64,000 nucleotides of DNA from Nemertoderma westbladi (lineage: Eukaryota; Animalia; Xenacoelomorpha), in assembly GCA_032718475.1 (NCBI GenBank), contig JAUCBJ010000548.1, forward strand, positions 75,994 to 139,993, written 5' to 3'. Below the pieces are notes generated by a model. It was given only the letters and a program-made list of their open reading frames with translations, had not been told where the DNA came from and made no database searches. Every line of letters begins with the position of its first letter. The stretch's first letter is position 1. A program made the translations under genes and the position numbers. Below, one piece after another: positions 61,742-64,000 of the stretch.

Positions 61742-62426
61742 AAATAATGGCAGGTGGTGTCGACAGGGCAAAGTAGTTACCATTGTATTAGTGGGTACCG
61801 TGACGTTGAATAACCTCACGTTTCATAATTTTACTAAACCAGATGCTACCAATTGAGGGAGAGGAGTAGGTTACAGAGTTGACACCAATTGAAGGAAAGC
61901 AGTAAAAATAATAAATATTTATTATATTGTGTATACTGTAATGTAGCACTTTATCTCACGCCAGTCCCGAGTGTTAATATCTACACGAACGAGCGGAGTG
62001 AGTGAGTGATATATTGAAACGAGGGACCGAAGTGAGATAAAGGTACATTATACGCAATATAATATGTTGTTTTATTGTTAAATTTTGCATTACTTAACAA
62101 GATTTATAATAGATAATATTGGCCATTTCTTATATTTGTATGTTTTGTTCACGATTCACGAACATTTTCGCTATTATATACTAAATTTCTAGAACTAATG
62201 TTCTAGACTTCTTAAAAAGGTTACAGAAAAAAATTCGGGAACATTTTATATACCAGCAAACATGTTTCAGAACAACAATTTAAAAATAACAAAAACTAGC
62301 TAAATATATTAATTTTGAACTATTTTAAAATGTAATATAATTATATAAGTAATAGCTACTGTATCATGTTGATAAACATACTAGCTTGTATAAAAAAATC
62401 TTATATTAGGTAATTTTCTATATTAA

Positions 62427-63094
62427 GGCCTGTTTACACGTGGCAACTTTTAGAGCAACTTTCTCGGCAACTAGCAACGTTTTTTGGAGCAACTTAATTT
62501 AACGCTGTTTACACGTGGCAACTTTACCAGCAACTTGGCCAGCAACTTTTAGAGCAACTTGAGTAGTTTGACTGTAAAATAGTGGGTCATTTTATCTACT
62601 AGCTAGTTTTTGATAATTTAAGTTGATTATCCCGCTTTAATTCGCCAACGCTAAATTCCTTCAAGTTGCCGTAAAAGTTGAGCAACTTTTACGGCGACTT
62701 TTTTACGTGTTTATACGGAGCAACTTGATCGGCAACCCGGGTTGCCCCACAAGTTGCCGAGAAAGTTGCTCTAAAAGTTACCAAGTGTAAACAGGCCTGA
62801 CACGTAAAAAAGTTGCCATAAAAGTGGCTCAACTTTTATGGCAACTTGAAGGAATTAGCGTTGGCGAATTAAAGCGGGATAATCAACTGAAATTTTCAAA
62901 AACTAGCTAGTAGATAAAATGACCCACTATTTTACAGTCAAACTACCCAAGTTACTCTATGAGTTGCCGGCCAAGTTGCTGGTAAAGTTGCTGGTAAAGT
63001 TGAAACGTGTAAACAGCGTTAAATTAAGTTGCTCCAAAAAAGGTTGCTAGTTGCCGAAAAAGTTGCTCTAAAAGTTGCCACGTGTAAACAGGCC
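62427..63094. mobile_element. Composite Harbinger-like MITE (full inverted copy + partial direct copy of 60735-61119)
   Basis: 62427-62797 is a complete copy in the opposite orientation; 62801-63094 is a 5'-truncated direct copy; outer ends taa|ggcc...ggcc|tta. Confidence 0.8.
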
Positions 63095-63741
63095 TTAAGT
63101 AATCCAGAAATTTAACAATAAAATGATATAGATCTCTTTTCAATGATTATATGCAATAATTGGTTTGTTTCTATTTGTGGTTTCGTCTAAGGCCCCTTCA
63201 AACGGAGCAACTGGATTCTGCAATCTGGACCCCCTCGCAGACAGAAACTTGTTGCTGCAACTTGTTTCTGTGTGTGAGGGAGTCCAGCAACCTCCAGTAG
63301 CAAGTTTCAGAAATAAGTTTCAGAAACAAGTTGCTCCTCCCGAGGCGAGGGTGGCCTAAGGGAGAAAATACATATTGTTTTGTTTCCAGTGTGTAATATT
63401 GTATAGAAATTTGAATATGTTTGTTAGAATTATATTTAGTTTAGGACCCTGTTTAATTTAAGTATTATTGTCGAAAATATGGTGCATTTACATTACTTTT
63501 GCAAAATCATTCAATATAAATAAGTTCGTTTTAATTCTTTTATTTCTCTTGATCTATCTCTTTCTAATTTTAATTGACTGACATTCAATTATTCTGTTCT
63601 AGTGTATTGGGAGGGGATGGTACAAAGACAATGATGGTTACATGATGACATGGTTACAAGATGGTTACAGGACAAGTTGTATCTAGTCATGTTTTTTCAA
63701 AATCGTAAAAGAAACAATTTTATACTGTAGTCAAATTTTGT

Positions 63742-63845
63742 TTGTTGGGGGCTGCCACCCCCAAACCCGCGCTTCTTTTGTTGGGGGCTGCCACCCCCAA
63801 ACCCCCGCTTCTTTTGTTTGGGGCTGCCGCCCCCAAACCCCGGCA
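63742..63845. repeat. ~35-bp tandem repeat x3 with GGGGG/CCCCC hairpin
   Basis: ttgttgggggctgccacccccaaaccc..gcttctt repeated three times. Confidence 0.85.
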
Positions 63846-64000
63846 ATTCCCTGTGTGCCCGTGGTGAAAGACTTTAAGACCATCTTTAAATAATTAATTC
63901 AAATTTGTATCATCACATAATAAATTGACTAACCCTGAAGTAGGAACTGCTTTGAATGTTTGTGACGGGATCCAAGAGGGTCCCGGTTTATCCGGTGTTG

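Overview
AT-rich, repeat-dense animal (invertebrate) genomic DNA; the innexin sequences resemble ctenophore-type innexins as I remember them, which I have not verified. The main result is on the minus strand. Three intact paralogous innexin N-terminal exons (15426-15974, 11018-11566, 2421-2978) each encode the N-terminus, TM1, extracellular loop 1, TM2 and the start of the cytoplasmic loop. All three end at the same phase-0 AAG|GTAA donor, and I can find only ONE downstream exon 2 (469-633, missed by the ORF track). This points to a single innexin locus with a tandem array of alternative 'variable' exons spliced to shared 'constant' exons, an architecture like clustered protocadherins or Drosophila shakB. 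A paralogous non-coding module follows each variable exon. The rest of the window holds an intronless CFAP36/BARTL1-like gene (-), an MGAT3/GT17-like gene (+), RTE-, L2/CR1- and CRE-type non-LTR retrotransposon relics, Tc1/mariner-, piggyBac- and Harbinger-type non-autonomous elements (several nested), a tRNA-derived SINE and several tandem arrays, including a 10-kb G/T-rich satellite with a 1048-bp higher-order repeat. All alignments were done by eye.
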